Virus record (IMG/VR): IMGVR_UViG_3300048576_000540 | Location: 1 to 38,799 of that record | From: a virus | Lineage: Duplodnaviria; Caudoviricetes | Strand: one strand, 5' to 3' | DNA: 38,799 nucleotides | Shown here: positions 35,963 to 38,799 of the stretch, in pieces | Numbering within the stretch: position 1 is the stretch's first letter | Layout of the letters: the number at the start of each line of letters is the position of its first letter | Translations under genes and position numbers: made by a program | Notes under the pieces: model-generated | Database searches by the model: none | Told to the model about the DNA's origin: nothing | The model's input: only the letters and a program-made list of their open reading frames with translations

Positions 35963-36009
35963 TTTCTCATTTTTATTTCAATTTTTCTCAAAACTCATTC
36001 CGAAATACA
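35963..36009 (+). other. Putative prophage right end with transposase-binding repeats
   Basis: AT-rich; TTTCTCA at 35963 and 35984; candidate terminal CA at 35996-35997 or 36008-36009. Confidence 0.6.
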
Positions 36010-38462
36010 TCATCAATCAAATCCCCGACATCCGCACCGCCCCCGCCTATATCACCGTCGCCTACGATGGCGTCGGCACCCTCACCGTTCGCATGAGGGC
36101 CAGCGGCAACGACTATACCTATACGGTCCCCGTTAATCTCGCAACCGCCCTCGGAGCCACCGATGCGTATGTTGGCCTCACCGCCGCCACGGGCGGGTCG
36201 CCCGGTATGCACACCTTCTCCGCCTTCACCTTTGACGCGGGCACACCTGCGCGCACCGCTGTCCGTCACGGCGGATCCGCCACCCTCGCCGCCTCTGAAA
36301 CGCTCGCCGCCACCCTCCATCCCCGGGCGCGTCAGAACGGTTTTATCCTCGGAAAGCTCGCCTATGCCTCCGGCTCTGCCATCAATGTGTCAGCCGCCGC
36401 CGACGTGTCGGCCGCTGCCGCTGTCGATGGCCTGCCGCCGTCCCTCACGGCAACCAACCTCTGGCAGCTCAACGGCGTCGCGCGTTGGAAAAGTATGGGC
36501 GCGGTCGCCACCAGCACCAACTACGCCAACCAAGGTCCGGGTTCCGTTTTCACGGTCAACCGCTACCCCGTCTCTGGCTCATGGACAGCCAAATTCCACT
36601 ACAATATGGGTTTGGCCAATGCAACAACGCCTGCGGACTACTTCGATTTCATGCTTCAGAACGAAAGCCAAGGTTCCGCCTACGTCACCGATCCTCCCGC
36701 CTCCGGCCTTGCCGTCCAGTGGCGCTTCTACGATGGCTCCATCCACTCGACGCGCCTCAAAATCTGCACCAACGGCGTCATCACCGTCATCACGGACGAC
36801 ATCGCGCCCACAACCCTCACGAACGGCATCCCCGCAGACATGACCGTCGCCTACGACGATACGGCCCACGCCGTCACGGTCACAACCATCCAGGCGAACG
36901 TCGGCACCAACATCACCGTCATCCCCAACATCAACATGCCGTATATCCTCAAAGGCGCCGGCTACGCTTATATCGGGTTTCTGGGACGCACGGGAGGCGC
37001 GTACTCCGAGAACATCATTTCCGATTTCTCGTTTGTGCGCACGGACGGCGCAGGGGTCATGGCCGCTGCCGCGCCGTCGTATCTCGCCTTCGATACCATC
37101 ACCGGCACGGGACCGCTCGTCAAGCGCGGCAATGCCGCCTTGGGTCTCATCGGCGACGTTGACCACGCGACATCCAATCTCTCGGTCCGTCTCGAAGCGG
37201 GCGGCCTCGTCCTGCGCAAAGCCTCTCTCGAACCCATCGATCAGAATACCGGCGCACGCAGCGACTGGGTATTCAGCCCGCAGGCCCAGTGGATGGACGA
37301 CAACAATCTCATGCCCTGCCCCGGCCTGAAGGACGCCTATGGTACCGTTACGTCTTCCCGGCGCATACGCGTGGCGGACGCCTGGACCGCCTCCTTCACC
37401 TTCCTGTTCGGTCCGTCCCGTCCGACGTCCCAGCCCGCCGATGCCTTCTGCCTCTTCTTCCACAACGATCCGCGCGGCTCCGGCTATGCGAACGGCAACG
37501 TCAGCGGTGCGGGTTTCATAGGCATGCAAAACAGCTTCGGCGTGAACTGGTATTTCTTTCCTGGCGATGCCAACGGCTGGAAAGACACCGTCCGACTCGG
37601 TCATAACGGCACATGGGACGGCAACGCCTTGGCGCAGTCCTTCGCTCCCCTCTACATCGCCAGCAACGTCACCGACTTCGTGGTGCACTACGATCCGGCA
37701 ACCTCCAACCTTACCTCCGTCATGACGCAGGGGGCCGTTTCCGTTACCAACAGGTTCACCGGCGTCAACATTCCTGCCACAGTCGGCTCCGACTACGCCT
37801 ATGTCGGTTTCGGCGGCGGCACGGGTGGCTCGTACTGGGACATGCTCGTCCGCGACTTCAAGCTGACCTACGACGGCGCGCGCTCCGATACGCTTTCCAG
37901 CCAAAGCTACTTGGCTAGCCTCGTGCTGCCCGACGCGGCCAACAACACGGTGGCGCTCGACTCCTCGATTGTGAACGGCACTTACAAGGTCACAGCGGCG
38001 ACCGTCGGCGCAGGAGCGACGCTCGGCGTCAGCGCCGCATCACAGCCCGGCACGCTGAGCGTCGACTCGGTTACGCAGAGCGGCGACGCGACTTATGCGC
38101 CGGCCTCGGCCTGCACGCTGGCGCTCAACAATGTGGTCGGCGGCGCAACGCTTGTTAAGAGCGGTTCCGGCACGTTGGCGCTGACGGGCGCGGCGACCAC
38201 CTATACCGGCAACACGGTCCTTTCGGCGGGAACGCTTTCGCTGAACGCGGCCCTGCTGCCGACGACGACCGACCTGTACGTGGCCACCGGTTCGACGCTG
38301 AACCTCGGCTTCACCGGCAAGCAATACGTCCATGCGCTCTACGTAAATGGCGTGGCCATGCCGGGAGGCCGCTATACCTCGGCGAACACGGCGTGGATCA
38401 CGGGAAGCGGCATGCTGGTGGTCACCTATCCGCCGGTCGGAATGGTCTTTTTCCTGCAGTAA
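36010..38462 (+). pseudogene. 3' part of a host surface-protein gene (legume-lectin-like domains plus autotransporter-associated beta-strand repeats), interrupted by the prophage
   Basis: Frame is open upstream of ATG 36093 to the junction and starts mid-domain; AYVGxxxxTGG-type motif occurs three times; LVKSGSGTLALTG..TYTGNT; ends PPVGMVFFLQ. Confidence 0.8.
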
Positions 38463-38538
38463 AATGACGGTAACCGAAAACCGCCGGAGCCGGGGTTAAC
38501 CCGTCCCCGTGTTTTCTGGCGAAAAAGGACACTTCGCA

Positions 38539-38799
38539 ATGAAAAAGCTAACAAGGATCGTCTGTTCGGTTTTGTCTATCTGTTTAGCCCCCGCACTTTT
38601 TGCTGCGGATGGGACGTGGACTTCGTCGGCCGGCGGCAACTGGAGCGATGCGGCCAACTGGAGCGGCGGCACGTTGGCCAGCGGATCGGGATCGACGGCG
38701 TATTTGACCACGGGAGCGGGAACGGTCACCAATGACACCACCGGTTTGGCTTTGTTGGGTCTTCAGCTTTCCGGCAGCGGGTTTTTGCTCACGGGCAAT
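38539..38799 (+). CDS. Host secreted autotransporter-passenger-like protein (5' part; runs off the window)
   Basis: AAGGA RBS; MKKLTRIVCSVLSICLAPALFA signal then GTWTSSAGGNWSDAANW. Confidence 0.75.
   Translation, partial: MKKLTRIVCSVLSICLAPALFAADGTWTSSAGGNWSDAANWSGGTLASGSGSTAYLTTGAGTVTNDTTGLALLGLQLSGSGFLLTGN

Larger units (their letters stand above)
1..35997 (+). mobile_element. Mu-like transposable prophage (left end outside window; right end at about 35997-36009)
   Basis: Transposase plus MuB-like ATPase, DUF3164, DUF935 portal, Mu-type protease, gp36-, gpF- and gpG-like genes; an AT-rich CA terminus abuts a 5'-truncated host gene. Confidence 0.92.

Noticed and set aside
3228-37904. Many long alternative-frame and antisense ORFs (e.g. 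3394..4713, 13255..14613, 16697..18253, 36579..37904)
   Set aside because: Expected shadows of high-GC coding DNA; no motifs or RBS
36093-38462. Intact 789-aa gene or phage tail fibre
   Set aside because: No signal peptide or RBS, begins mid-domain, lies beyond the putative end and is followed by a similar host gene
38481-38521. Intergenic hairpin as a terminator
   Set aside because: Imperfect stem and no U-tract after it

Overview
Most of the window (1 to ~36000) is a Mu-like transposable prophage, probably long non-contractile tailed (no sheath gene seen). Its left end and immunity region lie upstream of the window. The early region carries a DDE transposase, a MuB-like ATPase, DUF3164, a DEDDh exonuclease, two Lar-like proteins, a serine recombinase and DUF2786, and ends at a terminator near 11700. 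The late region carries gp25/26/27-like genes, a lambda-GpA-type large terminase, a DUF935 portal, a Mu I/Z protease-scaffold, capsid, neck, tail tube, gpF/gpG, tail proteins and a tape measure. The right end (CA at 35997 or 36009) interrupts a host lectin/autotransporter-repeat surface-protein gene in mid-domain. The host looks like Verrucomicrobiota/Kiritimatiellia (inference). Most unusual: (i) a late-operon block of signal-peptide, TN-rich proteins, including a fibre-like protein, a signal-HNH-SGNH fusion and a papain-like peptidase, with no recognisable endolysin; (ii) four families of heptamer arrays confined to the early region, mostly just before start codons; (iii) a repeated (L/M)-x-N-E motif across head proteins; (iv) leaderless membrane-protein morons; (v) a highly structured early/late junction. 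All family calls come from motif recognition by eye; no searches were run.
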